Assembly (NCBI GenBank): GCA_002269645.1
Contig: NIVC01003288.1
Location: 42,325 to 106,324, forward strand
Direction: 5' to 3'
Source of the DNA: Macrostomum lignano
Lineage: Eukaryota
Length of the DNA stretch: 64,000 nucleotides
Shown: positions 1-12,629 of the stretch, one piece after another
How positions within the stretch are numbered: position 1 is the stretch's first letter
How the letters are laid out: each line of letters starts with the position of its first letter
The notes under the pieces: generated by a model
Databases searched by the model: none
What the model was told of the DNA's origin: nothing
The model's input: only the letters and a program-made list of their open reading frames with translations
Program-made: the position numbers and the translations under genes

Positions 1-2982
1 AGGAGACATCCCAGATAAGATACTTTGCCATGGGATAGTTTACCTTGTAGTTGTTTTTTTCCATGTAAGCCAAAATGCCAACAACTGCAATGAGCACAAG
101 AGGCATCACAAAGCGGCAAATGACTTGCACCGACGATCTTACCTGACGGCGCAGATTCGTCGCCATCAGCGATGCAAATGTCCTGCAAACTGAACGCCGC
201 AGCTGACTAACTTCAAGATCGTTCTGCCGTAGTAGTGCCAAATCTCCCATGCGCCTTTTTGGCGGCTCTTCCTTTGTGGATATACTTATCATACTGGCTA
301 GGTTTCGGGACCGAATGCCCGATACAATAAACCCAGTGTCCAGATCCTTGATGCGCATAAAAATATCGTCCAAGTTGGCTTGCGACACACCGAATGCGGC
401 AACTGGGGATCCTTTTCGTCTTCTATGCCACTCGAGCTTCTTCACAACGGCAGCTAGCAGGTGCAACTCAGAGGCTGCTTTTGACTGTGCAAATGAGACG
501 TTTAACTGCAGCTCCGTGCCTGATTGGTTGATCAGAGTAACCCCGCGTGGCAATGTGTGGACGAACGCTTGAGCCTTCCGTTCAGGTCTCAGCGATACGT
601 TGATAGTTGGGCAACAGCCAAATCGATTCTTTAGGAACAGCGACGATCCCGCGCAGATAAGCCGGCCTCCAGAAATCACCACTTTTCTATCTGCTAGCAT
701 ATCCGCCTCGTCCATGAACTGAGTGCACATTATGAGACAGCGACCTTGCTTGCGCTCTTCCATAATCTGCCAGAGATGCCTTCTAGACACGGGGTCGAGA
801 CCCCTAGTGGGATCGTCCAGCAAAATTATTTCCGGGTCACCCAGCAGAGATATGATGCAGCACAGCTTTCGCAACTGTCCACCGCTCAGGTCCACTGCTC
901 GAACATTTTCCTTGCCACTTAGCAGCAGTCGCTCAAGCATTTTATTGACATTTTCAAGCTGGCTCTCCAATGTAAAGCCTTTGCTCAATGCTGCCAGCTT
1001 GAGGCTCTCCATCACAGTGAGCTGCTGGCTCAGCATGTTTGTCTGGCTGCAGACGCTCACGATTCGGCGCAGTGTCATGCATTGGTAGGGGTCGCGGACC
1101 ATCCGATTGCCGATGTAAGCAGCGCCGCTTGACGGAGTCAGGTCGCCAGTGAGAGCCCGGATCAGAGTGGTCTTTCCAGCACCGTTGTGCCCGATCAGGG
1201 CGGTAATCTGGTCGCGGTAGATTGTGCCTGCAATATTTGGCAGTTTGGAGAAACCAGTGCACATTTTCTATGATGCGAAGCTGTCCAATCTTTTAGCGGC
1301 ACATTTGTATTCACTTTTTAAAGCTTAGTTTGCAAGTAAACTATTTTACGGTTTAAACAAAAACAAAAGAAATTACGTAGAAAGAAAATAACTCTATCAG
1401 GTTTTCACTTACAGGTAAATGAATCCAAGGCTTGAACAAAATTTTCCCGGTTTTTGAACGGAGTGCAGCCTCGTTCGTAGCTAACGCTTAAATCATTCAC
1501 GCAAACTGCCGGCGACCCACCGGGCACTGGTTCTATCGTCTCGGGGTCCTCCGGCTCTTGAAATTCCATGGGTAGGTCAGTCTTGGGTGCGTCTTCCTTA
1601 GGCATCCAGAAACTTGGACTAAATATATAAGTAAAAGGTAGCCGAAAGCCGTTGCCGCTGCTTATCATGAAGTCTAAATATATCGCCAGCACTGTCATGA
1701 CGAGAGGAAATGCCATCATTCCTGTTAGCGCTGTCTTCAGATAGTCCTTCTGAAAATTATTCCATTTCATGTACTCATTAGATCGAAAAGTGTATAATGT
1801 GTACAGCGAATATTGAACCACGTGACCAGGTGGGAATATCAACAGAGTGTTAAGAATGTAGTCCATCTCCTCCATTTTTGTCAGATTAATCACGCCCAAC
1901 ACAGTGATTGAAACCATCGCCATGATGATGGCCACCGTAGCCACCACAATGAGGTAGAAGGTGCGCAGAAGCACAGTCAGCAGGAGGCTCAGCGACGCCA
2001 TCGAGTAGATGTAGGCGAAGAAGACGAGTCCGAACTGTAGCGCACGCTTTGCAGGAAAATAGTCTGAGCACTGCAGCGTGTAGCAGGGCCCGATGACTGC
2101 GGAAAACACTGCGCACTCCACCACTACTGAAGTGATGATAACAGTCCAGTAGGCTCCCACCGACAGTCCATTGCTGAACATGAGCTGCAGGAAGCCGCAC
2201 TCTTTCAGACCAGAGATGAATGCGATGGTGGAGGCAGTGAAATACACCATGCAGCCGGCTGTGGCGATGAGTAAGTGGTAGAGCAAAGTGACAGTGAATG
2301 TATAGAACATTTGTCCAGTGGACTCAACTCGTTCGCATATTGTATTGGCCCTTTTCTTGCTTGGCAGCACGCCGACACCCTGGTTTTTAGGGAGCTCTCG
2401 ATCCAAGGTGTCGGTGTAGCTCACGAACTGGACGTCACGGAAGAGGCGGCCGTCCTTGCTCAGGGAGCGCAACATCAGCTGGTGGAGGAACGGGCAGGCC
2501 AGGTCGGCCTCTGGCATGTGGAAGCACTCAACGAAGTGTCCGACTTTGGAGCTGTAGCTGACGTGAGCAGTTTTGCTAACTTTGACTTCATCGAGCGCTT
2601 TTTTGTAAAAATCTAAGCTGCAAGATTTCCTGCTGCGACATTCTTTCATCCAATCTGGTTTCCATCCATTCACTGTTGCAAGCTTTTCCAGCCTGTCCAT
2701 TTTGTTTAAAATGTTCCCTTCGTGACTAACCGAGATGTTCCAGGTAAATCGCTCTGAATCAACTATCTTCTGCGCACTGACTTGGCCATCGGAGCTGCCG
2801 GCCAGTGACTGTACCTCGAGTAGCCAGAAGTTCGAAGGTAGCAGCACGATAGCAGCAATGAAGAGCGGAACACGGAGAATCTTGAACTTGAGCAGCAAGA
2901 ACAGGAGAAACACGGCTTGCTTTATCCGGATCGAAAAAGTAATCTTTGGGGCCGACGATTGCAAATGCTGCATAGCCGCCAT
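1..2982 (-). CDS. ABCA: ABCA-subfamily ABC transporter, N-terminal half (TMD1 + NBD1 + start of TMD2); 3' end runs off the window start
   Basis: Exon 2982-1413 is a hydrophobic multi-TM ORF. A GTAAGT donor at 1412 and a TTGCAG acceptor at 1228 give exon 1227 to <=44, in frame. It encodes Walker A GHNGAGKTT, Q-loop VCSQ, signature LSGGQ, Walker B/D-loop IILLDDPTRGLDP and the ABCA-typical GSSLFLKNRFG. Symbol is family-level only. Confidence 0.9.
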
Positions 2983-4356
2983 GATTCAAAGTAGAAAAGT
3001 TTATAGCAGTCGGTAAAACTCTATTGTGCCATCGCTAAGCGACTATCGCGCAAGCTGAATTTCAATATCACCATAGACGATTACGAAATTCACTTTGGCT
3101 CGCAACGGCGGGCCAATAATACCAGTAAAGTTGCTTGTAACTTCTAGTTTTTTCTGCTGTTCGTAAGTCTATGGGTCTAATTAAAAGTTCGAAAAAATTA
3201 AAGATAATAAACGGCTCTCAGTCGTTAGATTTCTATTGTGTTTTGGTGGGAACGACCACCGCGCATAGCACTGTAGTTGTACTACACCGATTCTTGGGAA
3301 TGTTAAGACTGAGTTTTGCTTGTATCGATTTGCTTGCAATCTCACTATATAGCAAAATGTGTCCATGTGTCTGGCGACTCAGGCTGGCTGGCAACGTCAT
3401 ACGGTCGGACAGTCGCCGCCTCGAGCCGTTACACGACCTTCTGTTGTAGACGCGCAGGGTTTGTGGAGACGAGGTCATGGGCAAACGAGTCCTAACCCGA
3501 GCTGCTTCCGAGGGATGCGAGAGCCCCTATTCTGAATTTGACTGAAGGAGTTGACTTTTTTAGAAGTGCGACGTAAAGGCGTGTATTCTGCCGCCTCCCA
3601 CCCTCTGTGGCCACTTGTGGCCGACGAGAGGTGTATTTTGTTGTTGTTGCTGGTTTTGTTGTTGTGTCCACGCAATTGAATACACAATAACTAAGTTCCA
3701 TGTTTTATACGCTTATAACATTTCGAGACTTTGCAGGCTTTTTAAAATTTAGCCATTTGACAGATTTGTCATCTATTTAAGAACCAAATCTTCAGACTGT
3801 ACTTAATCAACTATTTGAGTCTTTAATAATCAAGAAAAAATCACACCTCTGATCGAGTCAGTCACCTGAGCATCGGGAAAGCCCCAGCTTGGAGTTGTAC
3901 AGCGAGTGCCCTCGGGTGCTGCACTGCACTTGAAGCCCAAAACTCCCTGTGCAGGTATTGTGGCCTCCTCTTATTGCTGCTTGATGAGTTTCTTTCACCT
4001 TTATTGAAGCTTGTCGATTGCGCTGAGTTGAGTCATCATTTGTTTTTGAGAACTTGCAGACAAAGCCGAATGCGCGACTGCAATTTTGTGAATCAACAGG
4101 CAGACTTCTTCAAGATCAGGGTCGCACATACGCCAGTCAATGTCAAAAGTTCTCGAAGTCCCTTGTGATTGATAATGTGACACCCGGTCTTCTGTATATT
4201 CAGCTCATGAACTAGATCGGAGAACTCTATTGAATTTACTGAGCGGATGTATTGGCGCTTATCTCCAAACCCAGCCGGGCGTTTTAATCACTATATTTGG
4301 AAATAGCTCGTAGTTGCTGAACAAAGTTGGTTAGTACGTGGAGCAATTGCAAATCC

Positions 4357-4358
<2 letters not shown>

Positions 4359-4408
<50 letters not shown>
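4359..4408. repeat. (GA)n microsatellite, ~25 units
   Basis: Direct reading of the sequence. Confidence 0.97.
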
Positions 4409-4411
<3 letters not shown>

Positions 4412-4962
4412 GGTGAGAGACACTGGGCATCGCACACAATTACCGGGCTGGAAGTAAAACTTTAAACAACACTAAAAAGAAAACAAGGCATATATAAGCC
4501 ACCTGGCTGAAACATACAAGATGATTCAAGGTGATTCAAGAAAACAACAAAACAAGGGGGAGGCGAAACGCATGGTGGTGACTCATTTGAGGACGGGGTG
4601 CACTTGCACTGCAAGAGTGGGCGATGTAACACCACAACACGTCGAAAACCTTTTAACAGAAGTAGCTATTAGCTTTTCTGGAAAACCATTAAAACGCATT
4701 AGGATGTATGGTATGCAAGTGTTTTGAAACAAATTTAGCAAAAAGACGTTTTATCAAAGGCCTTGAATACCTTCGTGTTGTAGATCACACCATAAACGTT
4801 GTTACATGCATAGCGTAACTAGGCCGTAAATGTTTTTTTTCGCAAAGCAAAAAGGAAAATGAATTTCCACATTTTTATTTCCGATACGCTTGATTACTAA
4901 ATCGGTCGAACATTGAAAGTAGCAATCGCTGGCGAAGAATTGAACAGGTGAATCAAAGCTAA

Positions 4963-5660
4963 TCAATGCAGACTGAACTTTTTCCAGTCCTCGCCAGTCT
5001 CTATATGCATTTCCACCTGCGAGTCGGTGAACAGCAGCAGTCGGCACTGTTTCAGCTTCCCATTGTACAGCGCGTGTCTGCAGCTGCGGCCGGCCCTCAG
5101 TGCGGCCGCCACGCACTGGATGGCGCTTGAAGCGGCAACGTCATTGAAGCAGCAGTTTGAGTTCAAGTTGAAGTCGACCCGCTTGAACTGAACTCTTCGC
5201 CAGTCGAGGCAACTCCGGTTGGCTGGACTGGTCCGACTTGCTGCTCACATACGTATCCGAATTTTTGTGAGCACATTGCATTCGCCAGTTGGTTGCTGGC
5301 TAAAAGCAGCAGGCAGTCCTGGTCTCCTCCGTCTGGCTCTGAGCTCACCCACAACGAGTGATCGGTGGGCAGAACGCCCCTGCCGTTCACGAGCTGCCAT
5401 CCGGATCTGCTCAATCCGCATTCGTCGGCAAGGTCAGCCGCTCCAATCCACGCTTTGATGCCGAATGACCTCAACTTGATGACGTCATAGGACCACAGCA
5501 GCTCGCCTCCGATGAGTTGGCACTGTTGATTGGCGGCGCACCAAGTAAACCTGGTCCGCGACTCATTGAACAAGCAGGTTCCGTGCGCTGGGAAGAAAGG
5601 CGGGGGACATGCCGAGAGTCCGAGGCCTGGCAGCAGGAGCAGCAGCATCAGCATCATCAT
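4963..5660 (-). CDS. Secreted C-type lectin domain protein with a C-terminal PAN/apple-like domain, split by a frameshift near 5200-5245
   Basis: Signal peptide MMMLMLLLLLPGLGLSA. CTLD motifs: C-x6-C, W..A...C...GG.L, WIG, EPDGGDQDC, C...F.YVCE. A second frame encodes RRVQFKRVDF..CC..SAIQCVAA..SCRHALYNGKLKQCRLLLFTD, a PAN-like Cys pattern. Confidence 0.75.
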
Positions 5661-7428
5661 TCGGTGCAGAATTGTCATTAGCTCGCTAGCAAACACAGAA
5701 TAGTTGAGCATCTTTCTTTTGCCTCTGTCAAAAATGCTTCTTACAGCTTCGAAATGTAAAGCTGTATACCTTTTGACAGATCCAATGCGACCCATCTGTC
5801 AATCGGGTTAATGATTAAATTGATGCAGTGCTCTGTCAAAATTATTTGACAGACGATCCAGTCAATCAATATACTCGCAATTAGGAACTTTTAGCCATCC
5901 AATCCATCAACCAATTGGTGTCGCTGAAGCTGAAGTGGATTTTCAGTCCATTTTCAGTTCAGAAGAATGACGGTTTATGCAATTAGAGAGGATGGGTCTC
6001 CCAACTTGTGACAACGGCTGATACCGAATGACAAGTGAATTATAGCGGATTAATAATTTCCATCGTTTTTTATAGACGCAGAAGGGAGCACTTTAAGCGA
6101 CATTGTCACACAACCGGCGAGAGGCATTACTGCCATTCCGCCGACTCCCCAGAGCAGGCACCACAAGCGCGCTGATTCGCACGCGCAGTCTAAACAGTTT
6201 AAACCAGTTACTGTTACATTGCAGCAGCTCGATAAATTAGACTAGATTAAATATCCTAAGAAAGATGTTCGGACAGGGCAGAAATCTAAATTTTTGTTTT
6301 AATTCGAGTTCACGAGTTCGTATTTCATTTTTCAAGCAGAATGGTTTTCCTACGAGAGTACGTATATGGGTTCTCGACTACACCTAGAAGTAAGTTTAGC
6401 GGCAGAGCAGTTCAGCAGTAAACGCAGTCACTTGGGGCTTGTGCAAGAAAACTGGCCGGGAGGTTGTCACTAATGTCACTAAGTTGTAGACTAATGCAGA
6501 GAGATACGACTGAGAGTTGACGAAGCCTCTTGGCGTTTACTAGATCGATACGCAGGTTAAATACGATAGGGTGAGTGGAAAGCACCTACATGCTGTACAA
6601 TAGCAACCCCCAACCCCGCTCTAGCGACTAGCGCATACAAGTACACTTGCAACTCACTACAGAGTTGCATCAGCGCTGGTTGCCGGACTATGTCGCGAAA
6701 GCGTTGCGCTTCCAGGGTGCTTACAGCCCTCGATCCTGCAATTAGTAGTAGTTGTTGTTGCAGTATACATACAAAATTCTGTCAAATCGTCTTTTCCTGA
6801 AGTGACTGAATTATTATTCACCTACTCCCGCTGAGCTTCAGACTCAGAGACCTGACATAGGGAGAAGTGGCTGAGAGTCTGCTTTAGTCTGCTTTTTTGA
6901 CTTTCCAGACTGTGGATAACTTGAGCCGTTGTTATATCAATATGCAAAATAGCGATTGCGAGAAAGCAGTTGAAATCCTTAATACTCATAAGTAGTACGT
7001 ACACACAGTTTATCAATAAAACATAGTGCTTAGAGTGTTCCACCTCTGTCACTAAAAACATTGGAATTCTTGATCTGTCACTCTGATTGATGATCTCAGT
7101 CCCGACACAGTCAGTGATTTGCACTTTTAGCTTCCTCTTACTGGCGATATTGGCTCGCTATAGTAACTCTGTACTCTTTGGTTGCCATTGTGGGACAGCA
7201 GAAAGGACTGTGTACTCGTATTGAGTAAAGCCAAAAGCCTGATGAATTTTAATATGAGACTCATTTTTTAATTAGTCTCATAAAGAGAAATGATGTCATT
7301 TAAAACGGAAATGGATAATTTCAGCCTAGTTTAGAAAGCTTCACCCGAACTAGTAGAAAAATTTTATCAATCTGCTCCGCTCAGACTGCGGTTATCGGAC
7401 TTTATTTTTAGTTTGAAAATCTAAATTA

Positions 7429-8616
7429 TGATGTAACAACGCTCTGGTCGCGGGATAGGGCAGGGGAACTTTTTTCGAAAGTGCCTCCTTATCGCCGTGC
7501 ACCCCCTGCACAGAGCTGTTGAGACTCGGCCAGGTGTTCGACCAGGCCTGGAGACTCCCGCTCTGCTGCACCCCCTGCTGCCTTGGCTCCGTCTCCCCTG
7601 CCGCCACACTTGCCTTTCCGGAGCTCCCCCTCCCTCTTTGTACCTCCCCCTCTACCTTATCTCCCCTGCGCGCCTCCCTATTCTTTTTGTACTTTTCCTG
7701 TCCCCTCTTTTTGTCTCTTTCTGCACTATTTTCCTGCGCTGTCCCCCCTTTCTCTGCGTCTACTTACAGTATTTTGTGCGCTCACCGTCACCCCATCCCT
7801 TCTCAAACTCCCAAACGGTGACGCAAGTCGTGTGACCCCTTCTTCCCCTCGATGACTCATCGATGACTCATCCCCCTCTTTTGCGCAACCTTTTCTCACG
7901 CTATTGTTCTCCTCCCCAAATTTCTCATGCGACACCCACCCCACCTCCGCTTCTATTGTTCTCGTTTTTGATTCTTTTGTTCTCTTTACCCCCACCAATT
8001 ATCACATTTTCTCCGATTTTCTCTTTCTATTGTTCTCGTTTTCGCACCTATTTATCACCTTTTCTCCAATGTTTGCTTTTCTATTGTTCTTGATTCTCCC
8101 CAGTTATCCCCGATTTCCAATTCCTTTGTTCTCGACCCAAGCCCCATTGTTCTCAATGTTTGCTTGCGCAACACTTTTGCGACCTCCCGCTGCGCCAATT
8201 ATCCCCCACCCACCTCTCCGGATTGCGCAATTCTCCCATTTCTCATGTTGCTATGCCGGTCTCATGCTTCTCATCATGACTCATTCTGACGTCATTCTGC
8301 CGGCAGCCAATCAGAGAGAGGGAGTCATGGAAACGACCTTGGAGCGGCGGCTGGGAAGGCTATATAAGGAAGCGGTTTTCGGCATGAGAATCCTTAGCCG
8401 GTTCACGTTTCCCGTCTTCTGCGTCGTCTTCTCAAGCGTCCTATTGTGGACTTGCTGTCAGACCTTGATCTGACCTATTCGTCTACAAGGCGAACCCCTG
8501 CCGGTCCGCGGTCTGTTACCGCCAAGTTATCTTCAGCTCCCCAAGCGAGCTCGCCTATCGGCCAGCGGTCTGATACCGCCCAGCATCATCGGGCGGCGAC
8601 AAGGGCGGTTACATCA
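7429..8616 (+). mobile_element. Solo LTR (1188 bp), probably Ty3/gypsy-type
   Basis: Ends TGATGTAAC (7429-7437) and GTTACATCA (8608-8616) are exact inverted termini. A 4-bp direct repeat ATTA flanks them (7425-7428 and 8617-8620). An internal TATA/CCAAT promoter is present and no gag/pol ORF is seen. Confidence 0.8.
8277..8367 (+). promoter_or_regulatory. LTR internal Pol II promoter: AP-1, CRE, CCAAT, TATA
   Basis: TGACTCA 8277-8283, TGACGTCA 8287-8294, CCAAT 8307-8311 and TATATAA 8361-8367 in canonical order and spacing. Confidence 0.6.
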
Positions 8617-8781
8617 ATTATATAAACTTTTTAGAAAGTAGTGCGATAGCCGTCACAGCGGAATAAGCTGTAATTTTCTATTAAAACAATTGTAGGGTTT
8701 ACTGAATAAATCCATAACCTAAAAATGTAAAACTTAATCGCAACTGCAGAATTCTGTCATGTATTAGACATAGGCATGTAG

Positions 8782-10379
8782 TCATCCAGAAGCGGTCTGC
8801 TGGATCCAGCTGGTGTACATCTGCACTCGAGTGTACACTCCTGGTCGCTGGGGCTTGGCGCAGCCCTCGCCCCAGCTCGTGATGCCCTGCAGGTACCAGA
8901 CTCCGCCGGACTTGCACACGAGCGGCCCGCCGGAGTCGCCCTGGCACGCGTCCTTGCCGCCCTGCTCGTAGCCGGCGCACACCATGTAGCTGGTGATGGC
9001 GCCTCCGTAATGCGACGCGTCGCCGCAGATCGAGTTGGGTACGATCGGCACCATCACCTGCAGCAGCCTGGTGTTGTCCCCAGTGCCCTGCGTGCTGCCC
9101 CAGCCTGTGGCGAAACAGCTGGCCATGTTCGACACCGGCGAGCTCGGCAGGCACACCGGAGACACCTGCGAGTTGAACTGGAACGGCCGGTCCACCCGCA
9201 TCATGGCCAGGTCCTGGTTAGTCCGGCTCGAGTCGTAGTTCGGATATCGAACTACCTGCGTCACCTTGCGTCTCTGCAGCGTCGCCTCAGTGCAGTCCCG
9301 GCAGTGTCGTCCCGCGTCAACGCCCCACATCGACGGCGACATGTAGTTCTCGACGCAGTGCGCGGCCGTGATGATCCAGTTAGCGTTGTAGATGCTGCCG
9401 CCGCAGAAGTGGCCGCCGAAGAGACGCAGCGACACCATCCAGGGCCAGCTGTTCTTGACAGCCTCCTTGCCGCCCACGATGCGAGTTTCGTCTGGCGGGA
9501 TGGCGGGCCTGCCACAGCCTGACGGTGCTGGAAAGAAATTTTAATCTAATAATTAAAGAATAGAAGCTCTAAATAAACTTTTTGATGCATTTCATTCTTA
9601 CATGGCGGCTTCGTTGTGGTGATGGGCGACACTGTGGTTGTAGTCACCGGTGGCCTGGCAGTTGTTGTCGTCTGGCCTCCACAAACCTCATCACTGCCAT
9701 CTGAGCAGTCTCTGAAGCCATCGCACCACCACTGGTTGAAGATGCATTTGGAGTTGTCCTTGCAGGGTCGCTGGTTTATCGGGCAGTTCAGCGTAATCGA
9801 GCAATACTTCTCATCGGAGCCGTCTGGACAGTCTTTGATGCCGTCGCACTTCCACTTTGAAGGGTAGCAGAATCCTCCAAATCGGCAGGAAATATAGCCA
9901 CTTGGGCAGGGCACTCTGGTGCGGTACTCGTCGTTTGACACGAATCGATAGCGCAGCTGGAAGCCGGACTTCTGCAGGTAGGAATCGCTTTTGAATACCA
10001 GCAGTATCGACGAGGACTGCGACAGAACCGACCAGGAGCCGCCGCCGCAGAAGCGGTCAAGGACGGAGCTGGAGTCATTCCAGCCGTCGTACACAATCAG
10101 AGAGTCGCTCGAACACTCCGATGTGTACTCGAGGTCGAATGAGACTGAAATCACCTCGATGCGGTAGCTCGGGCCGTCGGCGCGGATGAAGTAGCGGCAA
10201 GTCGAGTCCGCGTCGTATGGAGTGCGGCCGAACAGGCGGTGGGAGGCGATGACTCCTTGGTTCGTCTGGTACAGAATATCGACGCCACAGTTCTTTTCGC
10301 TGGCAGTAGCCGCCACTTCTTGGGCAGCGGCTGCAGACAGCAGGGCTGGACACAGTGCCAGCACGAATACTAAACTCAT
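8782..10379 (-). CDS. Secreted CUB-LDLa-LDLa-trypsin-like serine protease, copy A; exons 10379-9602 and 9527-8782
   Basis: Signal peptide, CUB domain (C.Y.I..., FDLE..C..D.L.VYDG, FCG, F.SD..GF), two LDLa repeats (C..W.CDG..DC.DGSDE) and a Thr/Pro linker. A 74-bp GT-AG intron joins in frame to the activation site R|IVGG. Catalytic triad TAAHC / DLAM / GDSGGP; S1 Asp in DACQGDSGG indicates trypsin-like specificity. Confidence 0.95.
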
Positions 10380-10720
10380 TGTGCTTAACTTGTGTTTGGA
10401 AATTCAAAATACTTATTAAAATTCACCCGTGCAGAACCGCATTTAAATATTCTTAGCGGAGAGGGTAATTATCAGCTAATTGCTTGCAGGTCAGGTAGAA
10501 TTTTCTCTCACAATTAAAAATTGCAGGTGCTAATTTTCCGCAGTGATGCAATAATGGTGAAAAGGTTTTCCTCACGTAAGCATTTCCTTAACCTCCAAAT
10601 GTTCCCGGCCGAAACACACAGCTCCACTCCATTGTCGAGATCAATTCGATTCCGAAATTTACGTCTTCCGGCTTCGACTTCCAAAGTCAATGCCGGAATG
10701 ATTGCTGCAGGCAAGGATTT

Positions 10721-11190
<470 letters not shown>

Positions 11191-12629
11191 ATGGAAAGAG
11201 AAATACAATGATGTCGCGTAGATTGAATTCTTAGAACAACTCAGAGGCTCTGTCCTGAATCGACCTGGATTGCTTTCAACAGCAGAAACACAGAAAACGG
11301 CCTCACTGCAGTGCCGGGAGATTTTGCTGAGGCTGCAATAATCCGGATGAGAAGCAAGCGATGCAGAAAATCAAGGTACGAGCTCAGCTTCATTATCCGT
11401 CACTCGTGCAGAGCAATCGGTTATCAGTGATGGAAATTCTGCAAAAAGAATGCTTTGCGGAACTCACTGAGTCTGAAATATTTGTCTTGATAGCTGGAAT
11501 CCTTTCGGAGTGTTTATGGCCCTGCCATCTGTTTCCTCGGATTCAAAGGTTTCGGTGTATTTCTTGTTTAAACTGTGCAGTTGCTGCGTGCTAATAATAA
11601 TGGAAAATTAAAATCAATCCTAAACAGATGTTTCTAAAAATGGTTACTATCTACCTCGGGTCAAAGGGTCACGCCAGGGCTACCATCTGCAATAGAGTTC
11701 TCATATGACACTTGCATATCCATGCCATGTGATTTTTGCTTACTCAAAATGGTGATCTGCGGCTTTATAACTATAGAACTATAGAACTCCTTTACAATGA
11801 CGTTAATCTTTTTCACAGATTTCCCCAAGATAGTATCATTCCTATTCATTTATCCGTTTTGTTTTTCTTGAAGTGACCCCTTTGGAATTTAGAATAGCGG
11901 CAGAATTACATGTATTTCAAAACCTGCTTACCCATGCAAATGAGAGTTCTCAGGGAGTTGGGGATTAGCTATTCAGCTCAATGTCACGCCAAACCTCTGT
12001 CCGAGAATCTTTCTAGCCCTGAATTAAAAAATTATCTGATGCAAAGATTGCGCATAAATTAGCAGCCGATCGCAGTATAAGACAGCTCTGAGGTAGGTAG
12101 GTACGATTGTTAATCAGGATATTGTTACTCAGGACACCAAGCCTGGCCTGAGGAAGATCTTTTATAAGTTTCCTTTCCATATTAGCCCGTAATTTTAAAA
12201 CAGTTTTTTTTTCAAAATGAGCGTATTGTAAAAGTTTTCCCCTGCGACACGTAAAAGCATAGTTTTCCAATTTTCTGAACCAAGGTTCAGAGAGGGTTTA
12301 CCCTCATAACCATAGCTTGAGACGTGCAAATACTTGTTGACAGAATTTGCAAGGCGTGTAATAAAAATGGTCTTGAATTGACGGTCAATACAGTAATTAT
12401 AATGTTGGTTGAGTCACCGCTCAGTTGCAGTCGGTGACTGGATAGGCACGTTAAATAAATTTAATTGCAGGCAGCTTGTACACCTGTGAGCAATTTATTA
12501 ATTGTACATCAATTAAACTGTGCAGTATAAGTATGCGACAATCGGCTGCTTGCAAACTAAGGCTACAATTTCAAGTTGTCAAGCCTTCTTACCTTGCTAT
12601 AGGTACTAATAGGTACTATCAAAGTAGCC

